DNA from: Zygnema circumcarinatum SAG 698-1b
Lineage: Eukaryota > Plantae > Zygnematophyceae
Assembly: GCA_037447605.1 (NCBI GenBank)
Contig: CM074805.1
Coordinates: forward strand, 2,265,361-2,329,360
Direction of reading: 5' to 3'
Length of the DNA: 64,000 nt
Below the pieces are notes generated by a model. That model was given only the letters and a program-made list of their open reading frames with translations, was not told the origin of the DNA and did not search any database. Shown piece by piece: positions 33,773-45,602 of the stretch (positions are counted from its first letter, which is position 1; each line of letters starts with the position of its first letter). The position numbers were made by a program, and so were the translations under genes.

Positions 33773-36700
33773 GGGGCGTCCTGCGCCGCGCCTTCTTCGC
33801 CCTGGGGCAGAGGGCGCCGGGGAGAGGATGGGCCGCGGATGGGAGCTTCGCGGCAGAGTGAGTATGGTGGCGCAGCGCCTGCTCTGCGCTGCTCGCTGGC
33901 GTGCTTCTGGCTGCGTCCTTGCTTTGGCCGGTGAGCTTACTCCCGGCACAGTGGGCTTGGCTGCCTTTTCCGCAGAGCCGGCCTGCCAGGTCCGTCGCTG
34001 GGCGCGCATTCGTCTCAGACTCGGAGGCGCATGTCAAACCTGCCCGAGTCTACGGTGTACGGAGGGCCAAAGTCGCAGTCGCCGTGGAAGCGCGTGACGC
34101 TCTTGCAGCTGGCGCTCAAGTATAAGAGGCAGGAGCCTATCTCCATGGTCACAGCTTACGACTATCCCTCGGCAGTCCATGTGGACATGGTGCGTCTGCC
34201 GCTCATCGGCAACCTCTCCGCCTTGTTTCAGAGTTAGCGGCATTACACGTGCCAGTTGTTCTAATGGTGCAAGAATCTCAAGCTCAAAAGTTGCTTGAAC
34301 TATGGAGCACAGAATCTTGATGCGTTTATACATTGGACGTTCTACAATGCTTCTGCTTTCTCCATGGCCTTAAGTTCGCTATGTTTAATCTTGGGAAACC
34401 TCCTTGGTTGTATATTTACAAAGTCGATCCATTTCAGCGTTTCACAAGTAGGTGAATTTAATGCATTAAATGGATTGGATCTGCAGGCTGGCATTGATAT
34501 CTGCCTTGTGGGCGATTCTGTGGGGATGGTGGTGCACGGTCACGACACAACTTTACCAGTCACCATGGAAGACATGGTTCGCCATTGCCAGTGCGTTATG
34601 CGCCATTGACTAAAATAAATCATAAAAAGATTAAACTGCACCGGACAGCATCTTTATTGGCCTCGCCACCGTGAGATCAATGCCAAATCCATACTCCTTT
34701 TTCTTTTTATTGAAAGAAATAGGTTCATTCAAACCCCGTTGTGCTCGTGTATTTGGTTTGCACAGCCGCCAAGTTTAGCATTTACTTGTAGCTCGATCCT
34801 GTATTAAGTGCGTGAAAGGTGTTCATCCGAGCTGTCGTTTTGTTTTGTCTGAGTTATAACTAGCCTTTAACACATGCGAAGTCTATAGACAATTTAAAGG
34901 CTGCTTGTCAGCATAGAGCTCATTTAGTGCCATTCTTGCTGCCCTGGCATAGCATACTGCCCCGTTGCCCTTAAGCACATGCTGTATAATGTTTTGTTTG
35001 GTGCCCTGCATCAGCTGCTTGAGGAAGTGAACGAATCAAGATAAACATGTTTTAATGATTCTTCAGCATTTGCCGAATTGCGTCAGTGAAGGCCGCGGTT
35101 CAGAGAACTGATATATTAGGATATGCGTATAGGGCTGTTGCGAGGGGTGCACGAAGACCTCTCCTGGTGGGAGATCTGCCTTTCGGAAGTTACGAGCAGA
35201 GCACATCACAGGTGTGAATAGAGCTGCCCGTTCCACTCCTCAAACACAATTATCGCAGTGGATGGGCAATCACTCTATATAGGCCATAATGCAGAATAAT
35301 AGGATGCCTGTGACAAAAACGGAACAGCTGCAAAACGCAAATGGAGATGGAATTGCTAGAACTTTTCGACTTGCCACCTGAATTTTTTTAGAGCCATATG
35401 ACTCTGTAAGCGATGGCGGTTTCAATGAGACATTCATGTATGATTTGTGCCATTCACTATTTGCAGTCAGTAGATTGTCGGCACTATTCGCTGTTATGGA
35501 CCTTTTGCCTGAGAGTTGGCAGCGTTGATGTTGACAGGTGACTTCTATTCTCGGATAATGCAGATTCTTCCTATTCTTTAAGAAGTACCGCTTTTGAGGC
35601 TGGAAATCTGTCCAAGTGACATGTCCAGCGGGGTCGCAGGCGGTGGACAGTGCTGTGCGCCTCCTGAAAGAGGGCATGATGGATGCGGTCAAGATCGAGG
35701 GGGGGGGGGCGGCCCGAGTGGCTGCAGCGAAAGCCGTTGTCGACGCTGGCATTGCTGTCATGGGCCATGTGGGACTCACGCCGCAGGCCATAAGCAGCAT
35801 TGGAGGGTTCAGACCTCAGGGGCGTAGCGCAGCTAATGCTGTCCAGGTCAGAAGCCTTATGAAGCTGAAAGCAGCATCCTATCTCATTGATCTTGTGCGG
35901 AGTCTGACCCATTGACGGTTTTGCACGAAAGCACGGGAGCTCAGTTCATGAGAGGATGTTTGCGTCCTGTAGGTTCTCGAGCATGCACGAGCCTTGCAGG
36001 AGGCAGGCTGCTTTGCTATCGTGCTTGAGTGCATTCCGTCTCCAGTAGCGGCAGCTGTCACAGCGGCTATTTCTATTCCCACCATCGGTATTGGAGCAGG
36101 CTCGCTTTGTAGTGGCCAGGTACCAGTTTGCCCTGCGCCATCCTTCTAATCAAAGTTGACGAGTAATCAATGCAGTCGCACTAGTTTGTCGTGATTGCGT
36201 TCCCGCATGGATTTTTTTATTTTTACCGTCAAGGATGATGGAGACAAGTGTGACTTAGCAGGGGAGCTGGTGGGATGTTTTGCAGGTCTTGGTCTACCAT
36301 GATTTACTGGGGATGATGCAGCATCCACATCATGCAAAAGTGAGTGATGCTCTGTACTGACTATGTCGGGAGAAGGAGCATCTTGATATGGAAAAGTATT
36401 GACAACATGTGGGAGAATGGTCTCTCACTTTTGCGTCGTGATGTATGGAGTTGATGTATACATTAGAGTTGGTGTTGCTAAAGGCATGGATAGGAAAGAA
36501 GAATCACGATCAAAGATAGGACAACTTCTGTTCTATAACAGGTTCTTGCCACAAAGAGTAAGGAGCCATCCCTAAAAATGGCGCAGCCAAGGAAGGGAAA
36601 GCTGCATCGTTTGAGCTTTTAAGGCAGAGCACCCACTGGGACGATCAATCGGTCTTGAATCAGGCGATGGAGAATACCGTGCTTCCTGAATGAAAGGCCG

Positions 36701-37106
36701 GAGTTGCCAAAGCGGGCTGAAGAAGCTCCCTGTCATTGGAGCGGTGAAGGAAGCAGACGTGCCTGCAGATGCGAGCAGAATAATTGCAGACTAGCTGTTG
36801 CCTTACTGTCATCACTGACGTCTAGCTGAGGTTGGGGATGTGCAGGTGGCCCCAAAATTCTGTAAGCAATTTGCACACGTAGGCGAGGTGATCCAGGAGG
36901 CCCTTGGCGCGTACAGGGAGGAAGTATCCACTCGCAACTTTCCGTCTGCCGCCCACTCGCCCTACCGAATTGAGTCCCGCGAGGCCGCTCTGTTTGTGGA
37001 GATGCTCCAAGGTCGCGGATTGGAAGCGGCTGCGCAAGCAGCAGCAGCAGCAGCGAGTGAAGATGACATGGCAGGAGAGCCGGGCATAAAAACACCGCCA
37101 GACTAG
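33773..37106 (+). CDS. panB: 3-methyl-2-oxobutanoate hydroxymethyltransferase (ketopantoate hydroxymethyltransferase) with mitochondrial-type presequence
   Basis: Presequence exon 33773-33857, then from 33976: [14 protein letters not shown]...VTLLQL...[13 protein letters not shown]; [31 protein letters not shown]; DLPFGSYE; AVKIEGG; [10 protein letters not shown]; LECIP; PTIGIGAG; [11 protein letters not shown]; PKFCKQFA...FP...HSPY; stop at 37106. Confidence 0.96.
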
Positions 37107-38047
37107 ACTGTCTTCTGCGGCTTCTGAGGAAATGCACTTTAATAGAGAACAGTGAAGATGATTGTTGAGCGATGGTCTACGTAGAGGTGGAACACGAGTG
37201 ATCATTATTGTTCAGGTTGGTCAAATTAAGGATGTTCAATGTTTGCTGTTTTGCTTCGTTCGTTTGTGGGATTGTACCGACGCGCTTCCGCAAACATGCA
37301 CCGCTTGTTGTGCATTTTCCCCATACCCTCCCCCCATTTTCTTGTGTCGCGCTACGCCAACCGAGTTCCATGTCTCCGCTTTTTAGATTGTATTTCTTTT
37401 GTCCTTTGTAACATCCCATAAATTGGAGCGATTCCATGGCCGGGACGAAGCAAACCGTTCTGCATGCATTTGGGCTCCGTTCCGTTACAACGCCGTTAGT
37501 TTCCAGTTTCAGCACGGAGCCTCCTCTCCACCCCTCGCTCGCTCCCTCGCAGCGCCCCTCCGTACATGCGCTTTCCCCATCGCCCTCAGGCGCACGCACA
37601 GCGGGCGATCCCGTCCGTCCGTCTCCCCCCATCGCACGGCTGCGCGCCCCCCTCCGCCCTCTCCCCCTCTGGCGCTCCCCGCGGCCCAGGCGGCCCCAAC
37701 CCCGCCGCCCCTTTCCGTACGGATTTATCCGTACAGGCCCCCTCCGCCAGCGTTGACCTTCCGCGCGCCGACAGGTTCGACCGACCACTTTTTTCAGCAG
37801 GCGCCACGCGTCAAGTGCTCGCGCCAGGCAGGCGCCACCTGGCGCCCGCCAGCAGGGGCCCCCAGCAGACGGGCAGGAGCGCGCCCCAGCGGGGGCGCAA
37901 TAAAAAGCCGCGGGCCGGGCCGGGCGGTGGCTCGTCTATCCTCGCCTCTCCACTCTCCCCTTGCGCTAGGACGAGGAGGAGGAGGTGGATGAAGGGGAAG
38001 GGGGCGCTCTGAAAGGTGGGTGGGTCGAAGAGGGTGGGGAGAGAGCC

Positions 38048-41000
38048 ATGGCGGACGCGGGGGAAGCGGAGGTTGCGGGGCCGTATGAGTCTTTGGGGGG
38101 GAAGAGGAGCTACAAGAGGACAGGAAGCTTGCCAGGGGGGTATGAGAGAAAAGTAGGGAGGCCCGTTTTGCTGCACACGAACAGCATACCAGGGAAACTG
38201 CTCGGGAGGTTTCTCAATAGGCCGCAGAACCTGGTGCCCATCTCCGAGGAGTTTTGTCAGCAGATTGCTGACAATGGGTATTCTGGAGCGTTCATTAAGA
38301 GCCACCTTGAGGTGAGTGTGTGAGGAGTTTCTTTCTGAAGCTCAGATATATCTAATGCGTCAACCTCCTGGTGGAGCAGGACATAGTGAGCAGCAGCTTG
38401 ACTCCTGGGGGTGGAGGTGGTGCAGTTTGAGAGTCTGGGAGACCTGCTGCCTGGCAGCGTCAGCCACACGGCCTTCATAGCTACCGACAACCGCAAACCC
38501 CTTAGCCATGCGCAACTAGCCTATGTGGCGCGCACAGAGTTTCCGCAGGTAACCAAGCTGCAAAAACGTTTCTGATAACCGGCAGAACAATCACTAAGCC
38601 GGCCTTATAATTAGTGAAATCCACTAATAGGCCTTTGATTCCTAGTATAGTTTTAACGACCTGAGCCTGCTGTCTGTTGGTGCAGGCACTGGATGCCTTA
38701 GAGGTGGAGCAAGGAACCCGCATCGGGCTGGTACTACCCAATGGGCCGGAGTTGGCTGTCGCTTTGGTGGCCTGCGCCGTCAACATCGCCTGTGCTCCCG
38801 TCAACCCGCAGGTGAGGGCTGCCACATGCTTTCAGATTTGAAGCCTCCCACCTCTTCCGAAAGGTGCAGCCATCAGATTGGCATCTGGCCTCACAGAATT
38901 CAATACCCTCCTTGGCTGTGTGCAGAACACGGAGGAGGAGATAGTGAGCGAGCTGAAGAGCGTGGGAGTGAGCACGGTGGTGGTGGGGGGGGGCGACACA
39001 ATGGCGGCGAGCGAGCTGAAGGGCGGGCTGCGGGAGGCCCTGGAGGCGGGCGGGCTGCGCGTGGTGGAGCTGCTGCCCAGCGCGGCGGTCTGCGGGCTGT
39101 TCTCGCTGCGCTGCGCGAGGCGGCCGCGGGCCGTCGTCGTCCACATGCGCGGGACCGGGACCCGCTCCGGCGTGGGGCCCCTCCCGAGGGCGCCCCTCGC
39201 CCGCGCGGAGGTGGCCATGGTCCTGCACACGTCCGGCACGAGCGGCAAGAAGAAGGTGGTCACGTACACGGTGGAGAATCTCGCCATCGGAGCGGCTCTC
39301 GTGGTGAGCTCGTGGGGTCTCCGCGCGGACGACGTCGGGCTGAACATGATGCCGCTGTTCCATGTGGGCGGGATAGTGCGCAACCTGCTCGCCCCCGTCC
39401 TCGCCGGAGGGGCCACAGTGCCCTGCAGGGCCTTCGACGCAGCGCAGTTTTGGGACCTTCTGGAGGCGGCCCGCGTGACGTGGTACTACGCCTCCCCCAC
39501 CATGCACCGCATGATTCTGGGGGAGGCCCGACCCTCAGTCTCTTCAGTCACTTCAGTGCGGCTCATAGGGAACGCGGCCGGCGCGCTGCTCCCCGCGCTG
39601 GCGGAGGAGCTGAGGGAGCGCTTTGGCGGCGCCGCGGTGCTGCCGTCGTACGGAATGACGGAGTGCATGCCCATCGCCTCGCCCCCCCCCGGCTACACGC
39701 TCGACCGCCCGGGCACGTCCGGGAAGGCGGTCGGCCCGGACCTGCAGGTTTGCGACCCCGCCGGCCGCCCGCTGCAGGCGGGGACGGTGGGCCGCATCGC
39801 GGTGCGGGGCCCCCCGCTGTTCGCCGGCTATGAGGGGGACGCGGAGGCCACGGCGGCGGCCTTCTTGCAGGACGGCTGGTTTGACACGGGCGACATGGGC
39901 TACCTCGACAAGGACGGCTGGCTATACATTACCGGGAGGTCCAAGGAGGTCATCAACCGCGGCGGGGAGATCATCTCTCCTTTCGAGGTGGAGCAGGCGG
40001 TCATTGCGCACCCCGCCATCAAAGACACCATCGCCTTCTCAGCTCCGCATGACGTGCTGCAGGTGAGCCCCCTTTTGTGCCTCTTCGATCCAAAGCCCCT
40101 TTGAATTCTCATCTCCGAGGGTGAGAGAGTGTAGAGAGTCAGTCTCGTAGAGCCCTCTTTCCCGCTTGAGCCGTGGTCTGAGCAGAGTGGAAGGGTGGCG
40201 GGTGCAGGAGGTGGTGGGAGTGGTCCTGGTGATACACGCGGGGTATCCCCGAGTGGACCTGCAAGAGCTGCATCGCTTTGTGGGCGAGCGGCTGCATCCC
40301 GCCAAGTGGCCCGTGGTGGCGGTGTACATGGACGCGGTCCCGACCGGCGCCGCCAACAAAGTGCAGCGCGTGAAGCTCGCGGAGCGGCTCGCCATGGCGG
40401 CAGTGGACGACTCGCAGCCGCAAACCGCCCGCCTCTATGAAGCCGCCTGCCCCCCCAAGGGCTCGCCCCTCACAGTGCCCATCCTCATGCTGCCCATCGG
40501 CCTGCAGGACGAACTCCTCGCCGCCGAGGAGAGTCTCTCCAAGGCGGCCGGCAAAGGCCGTCTGCTTGACGCAGGCATTGGCTACATGCGCGGCAATGCA
40601 GTCGCGTGTGTGGTGCCCCAAGACGAGAAGGCGTGGAGCGAGCAGGACGGCAAGGCCCTTCTCGAGATGGTGCGCGGAGAGCTGAACGCGTATGTGCGGC
40701 CGCGGAGTGTGGTGGTGGTGGGCCCCACCACCGCCGCTGCGCTGCCCCGCCTGAAGGACGGGACGGTCGATCTGAGCGCGCTGCCGCAGGAGGCGGTGCG
40801 GCCCAAGGACACGCTGGCCAGTCCCGCGGAGCTCGCGGTGGCCGCCGCGTGGAGTCAGGTCCTGAGCGTGCCGCTGCGGGACATCGGGAGGGACGCCGAC
40901 TTCTTCGAACTCGGCGGCTCCTCTCTCGCGGCGGGCCGCATGGTGGCCCACTTGCGGCGGCAGCTGGGCCTCGCCCTCCCCGCAGGGATCGTTTTCCAGC

Positions 41001-44000
41001 ACCGCACTGTGGGGGAGATGGGAGAGATGATCACAGGCCTGTTGGATGCCAATGCAGCCAAAGATAAGTCCGACGATCCGTCCTATTCTGGAAGGCAGGG
41101 AGACATTGAGTCGGGGTTCGAGAAAGTATTTGATGATGATGAGGCGGAGATCGCAGCCTGCCGACCGAAGAGCTCGACTTCTCCCACAACACTGCTTATC
41201 CAGCTCATTCCTCTCGTTTTACTGTACCCTATATCCCGGGTGTCCCTTTGGCAGCTCTATATCTTCTACCTCCACATTCTACGAGAGACTTGGTCGGTTA
41301 CCACCCATGTGACAAGGAAAGGTGTCGTTAAAGTTCACTATGTTCCATACGTGGGAATTCCTGAACTAATTCTGGCCATAGTAATGATTAAGATTACCGC
41401 AGACATTGTCATGCCACTTATCGGTATCGCCCTTAAATGGATCATAATTGGTCGATTCAAGGCCGGTCGATATCCCCTTTGGGGACAGTACTACTTGCGG
41501 TGGTTTTTGGTTCGGCAGATCTTGCACATCTGCCACCTGGGCATGTTCCGGTACTGGAAGAACGGGCACATCTGGTATTACCGGCTGCTGGGAGCGAAGA
41601 TCGGGCGCAACGTCCTCCTGCACGAGCGCGCGAAACTCGGGGAGTGGGACCTGATCACGATCGGCGACAACGCGTGGGTGGACCACGCCGTGCTGCGGCC
41701 CTTCTGCCTCGACCGCGGCTCCATGGTGCTGCGCGCCGTCGCCGTCGGGCGGGACTGCGTCGTCTGCCAGAAGACGACCCTCGCCCCGGGCACCGCCCTG
41801 CCGGACCGGACCTGCCTGCCGCCGTGCTCCTCCTCCTACGAGAGCCTCGACGCGGACCCCCGCTACCGCGACTACTGCCGAGTGGGCTTCCCCTCGCCGC
41901 ACTGGCCGATGCTGCTCTTCGTCGGCTATCCCATCGTGCTTGTGGGGAAGGTGGTGCGGATAGCGCCCTGGGTCGCGTGCCTCTTTCTATACGTCAGCCT
42001 GCCGCAGTTTCTGCATGCCATCAGCCAGGAGCAGCTTATTCTGTGGTTTGGAACGCCCGAACGTCTCCCGCTCTTTTTGATGCTCAAGGTGGTCCGCGAC
42101 TGCGTCTGCCCTTTCTACTACCTATCTTACGTCATCTGGGTTAAGCGAAATGTGGTGGGAAAAATCAAGCCAGGTCCGCGTGATCGGACACAATGGAGCC
42201 TTATGCAGCTTTGGCTCATGAAGCAACTCTTGCCAGGCCGCGACCTCGGAGGAGTGGCAGGGCTGGTTGGGCCCAATTTCGGTGTCATCAGCTTCATCTA
42301 TCGACTCCTGGGAGCGAAGGTGGGAAATCTATCATGCTTGGGAATTGTAAAGGCGGCTCTTTGGAAGTACTTTTTCGTTTGATTCATTCCACTGCATTTT
42401 AAAGTGGTCGAGCTCACAAATATGCATGCTCTGCAGGTCGGCAAGCACGTGTATTGGCCAGGATCGGGCGTATACGTGGAGGAGTTTGACCTTCTGGAAA
42501 TCGGCGATGATGTGGTTTTTGGCTCTCGGTCAGAAGTCATGTGCTGTGACGCGAAAAGCGCAGCCCCTGTTAAGCTTGAGTCCGGCTGCATGGTGGCCGA
42601 CAGATGCGTTATCCTTCCCGGCGTGACTATTGGACGAAATGCTACACTTGGCTCCGGCACACTTGCAGGTTCGTGCACACTTTTTTTTGGTGAACATAAT
42701 GGAGAGGTGATGCAGCGATGTTTGTGCAGAATGGTTTGCTTTATCTAACCTGTTCTTGCATTGTGTGCATGCAGCGCGAGGCATGAGCTTCCCTGCAGGG
42801 TCCACGTGGGTGGGGTCGTCCAAAGGCAACGCCACGCTGTGGGACGAAGGCCATCCTGCGGCGGAGAGTGCTCCGACCGCCACGCCGTACGCGCGCGCCA
42901 TGTTTGAGCGCAAGGCCAAGAACTACTGGGCGTGGCCCATGGGGATGCACGTGGCGTTCGCCATGGCCATGTCCGTACTCGTCTCGGCCTTCCACGGCAT
43001 CCCCATCGTGATGATTCTCGGCCTCACCGTGCACTGGGGCCAACCGTGGCTCACGGGAAGCAGCGGAGGCAGCGATTGTGAGCACTCCACTTACTAAGCA
43101 TGCGGGGTTGTTTTGCGCAATATTTTTTGTTTGGTTGTTTTCGAACTGCATGGAGTTACAAAATTGGTATAGAACCCACCATGTTTTTTTCAAATCGTGT
43201 TCACTGATGTTTATGTTTTCTGACTGCGTGCAGCTACAAGGTTGGCTACGTTATACGGAATCATGATGGCCATCGGTATCCTAGCAGTGATAACTGTGAC
43301 ATTTTTTGGACTACTCATTGTCATAATAGGTGAGGATGCTACCTTAATCTCGCTGGGGATTATAATGAAGCTTGTATCATGGGAGCAGACATGTGCAACT
43401 CGAAACTCCCAATCCTCACACTTTGGTTGTGCATGACTGGTACAGCGAAATGGCTCATCATCGGGCGACGGATGGAGGGCCGTTACTGCTGGGATGAATC
43501 ATCTTACAATCAGGTGAGTCGGCGGAATCGAGTGCCGTTAAACTGTTCAGGATGATATGTTCGAAGCGATGTAGTGGCCGTGTCCGCTGTTCACTGATCC
43601 ACTGCATTCTGCCTACTTGGACATGCGCTATGAAATCCTCCAGCACATATTGTTGGCCTGTCCGGGCACTAATCATTGCATTCAAGGATGTCTGACGGGT
43701 GCAGAGATGGCAAGTGATGCGGCGCATCGAGGGGCTGCGGTCGACGGGGGTGGGCGGGAAGGGCCCGCTGTCCTTTCTGTTTGGCAGCGCGTACCTTGTG
43801 TGGTACTTCCGCGCGCTCGGCTGCCACATTGGGAAGGACGTCTGCCTTTACCCCAACTCCGGCGACCCCATGATGACCGAGCCGGACCTGGTCACGCTCG
43901 AGGACGAGGTCGCGGTCGACGACGCGAGCCTTGTCGCGCACATCAACAGCAGGGGAGAGGTAAACAGCTCTAAGAGTGAATAATACCTGCCTCAATGCCC

Positions 44001-44402
44001 TTTTGCCCGATCCAAGGAGACTGTCCTCAGAGTGAAACATCTAAACGAATGGCCTAAGCCACCACATGAAACGAGTAAACAAACAAGTCTCAGAATGTGC
44101 ATGGCATTCTGAAGTGTGTATGAAACGTTCAGCAGGGACTGATGAACTTCAATGCTTGTCTGATGCAGTTTTCTTTGAATCGCCTACGAGTAGGAAGGGG
44201 AGCGACCCTTCGTACAAACTCGAGACTTCTTTCTGGAGCAGCCATGGAGGAGTACTCGATGCTGCTCGAGCACACACTGGTGCTGTCGGGAGACCTGGTC
44301 GATGCCCACAGCATCTGGCAGGGCTGGCCCGCCCGCATGGTCCGCGGGCCGCCGCGGCCCCGCCCCGAGGACGGCACCGTCGACCTCCACGCGGGGCACT
44401 GA
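38048..44402 (+). CDS. Membrane-bound single-module NRPS-like protein: adenylation domain, carrier (T) domain and three TM plus left-handed beta-helix repeats (Pls / TIGR02353-like architecture), 11 exons
   Basis: Exons 38048-38311, 38426-38548, 38686-38811, 38926-40062, 40208-42319, 42437-42668, 42775-43077, 43234-43329, 43446-43513, 43705-43959, 44169-44402, all GT-AG and phase-compatible. A-domain motifs LHTSGTSGKKKVV, MMPLFHVGG, PSYGMTE, GWFDTGDMG, ITGRSKEVINRGGEIISPFEVE, PTGAANKVQR. T motif FFELGGSSL. Three repeats begin YRLLGAKIG / YRLLGAKVG / FRALGCHIG, and the protein ends WQGWPA. Confidence 0.92.
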
Positions 44403-45602
44403 TCATATTATAAGGCGGCGGGCGCGCCCGCGAGGGCCTTTTTTTGCAGGAGGGAAGGGAGGGAGGGAGGGAGGGAGGGAGGGAGGGAGGGACGGATTTC
44501 TTGTATAGAAAAAGCTGCAGCTGTAGACACGTAGAAACCAGGATCGGCACGAAGCCATGAAGGCGGCTCCACATGGCGTCGCTGCTGTTTAACATAGTTT
44601 TTGGCATGGGTCACTACTCACTGTTCTTTAGTTTAGGAGTTGCTCAGGCAACCGCGCAGATAGATGGTGGGCATCAAGGATGTTCGCACAAATAAGAGGC
44701 TCTCCTGTAAGGGTCGAGCTTTCAATTTAATTTGTATAATTCTCAAAATTTAATTCCAAAATTTGCACATTACTGCTTCCGGAAATTACTAGTACTCTGG
44801 AAAACAAAGGGGAAATGGTATTGAACTCTGGGCATAGCGATCCCCATTCATAAGGGTTCTCCATACAACCAAAATCCAGTACTGTACTGATTTCAAGACA
44901 AAACATCCGTATGGTACTTTCTGCGCCACGTGACCTTTGCTCAGTTTTCAGTTCGCAGTTTGCAGTTTTTTAAGCTTTTTTTTTGGAGAATGCTACTGGA
45001 CCCCCCTATTTTAGTTATTACACCCCCCTTTTTGAAAAATTTGCCTGCCCATTCTGGTTATCCCACCCCCTGTTTTGGATATTTCACCCCCTACTTTGGA
45101 TATCCCACCGCCCTGTTCTTTCCTTTTCAGTACTGACTTCCAACATTGTGCAACAGAAGAAATGGAGATTTGCATTGATCTCAAGATGTTGGTTTTTGTC
45201 GCTATGCCTGCCGATCGGGTGCAGTAGTATTCTCCTTTTTTTTGTCTCTGGCCGCCGAGTCCGCCGCCCGGCGGCCATCCCGGAGCTGACGTGGCGCGGC
45301 GCCTTCGTCCGCCCCAAGCCTCCCGGCGCGAGTTTCCACGCGGCGCAGAGCACACAGCGCCACGTGGACAGACTGGGCCAATCGACGGCAAATCTCGTTC
45401 CTTCGCGCCACGTGTTCACCATCGGACGGTCGAGGCGGCCCACCGTTCCCCCCGATTCGGACGGCCCCTCGCGCCGCCCTCCCGATTGCGATCGCGGACG
45501 TGNNNNNNNNNNNNNNNNNNNNNNNNNNNNNNNNNNNNNNNNNNNNNNNNNNNNNNNNNNNNNNNNNNNNNNNNNNNNNNNNNNNNNNNNNNNNNNNNNN
45601 NN

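Noticed and set aside
37399-38012. Long overlapping Pro/Arg/Gly-rich ORFs upstream of the NRPS-like gene
   Set aside because: GC-rich promoter or repeat DNA suppresses stop codons; there are no recognisable motifs.
40139-41002. 287-aa and other long antisense ORFs over the NRPS-like gene
   Set aside because: Shadow ORFs of high-GC coding sequence.
38926-42319. GC heterogeneity within the NRPS-like exons as evidence of recent horizontal transfer
   Set aside because: Similar alternation of very GC-rich and moderate exons occurs in native genes here (histidine kinase, PSTK, CHERP-like), so it is not diagnostic.
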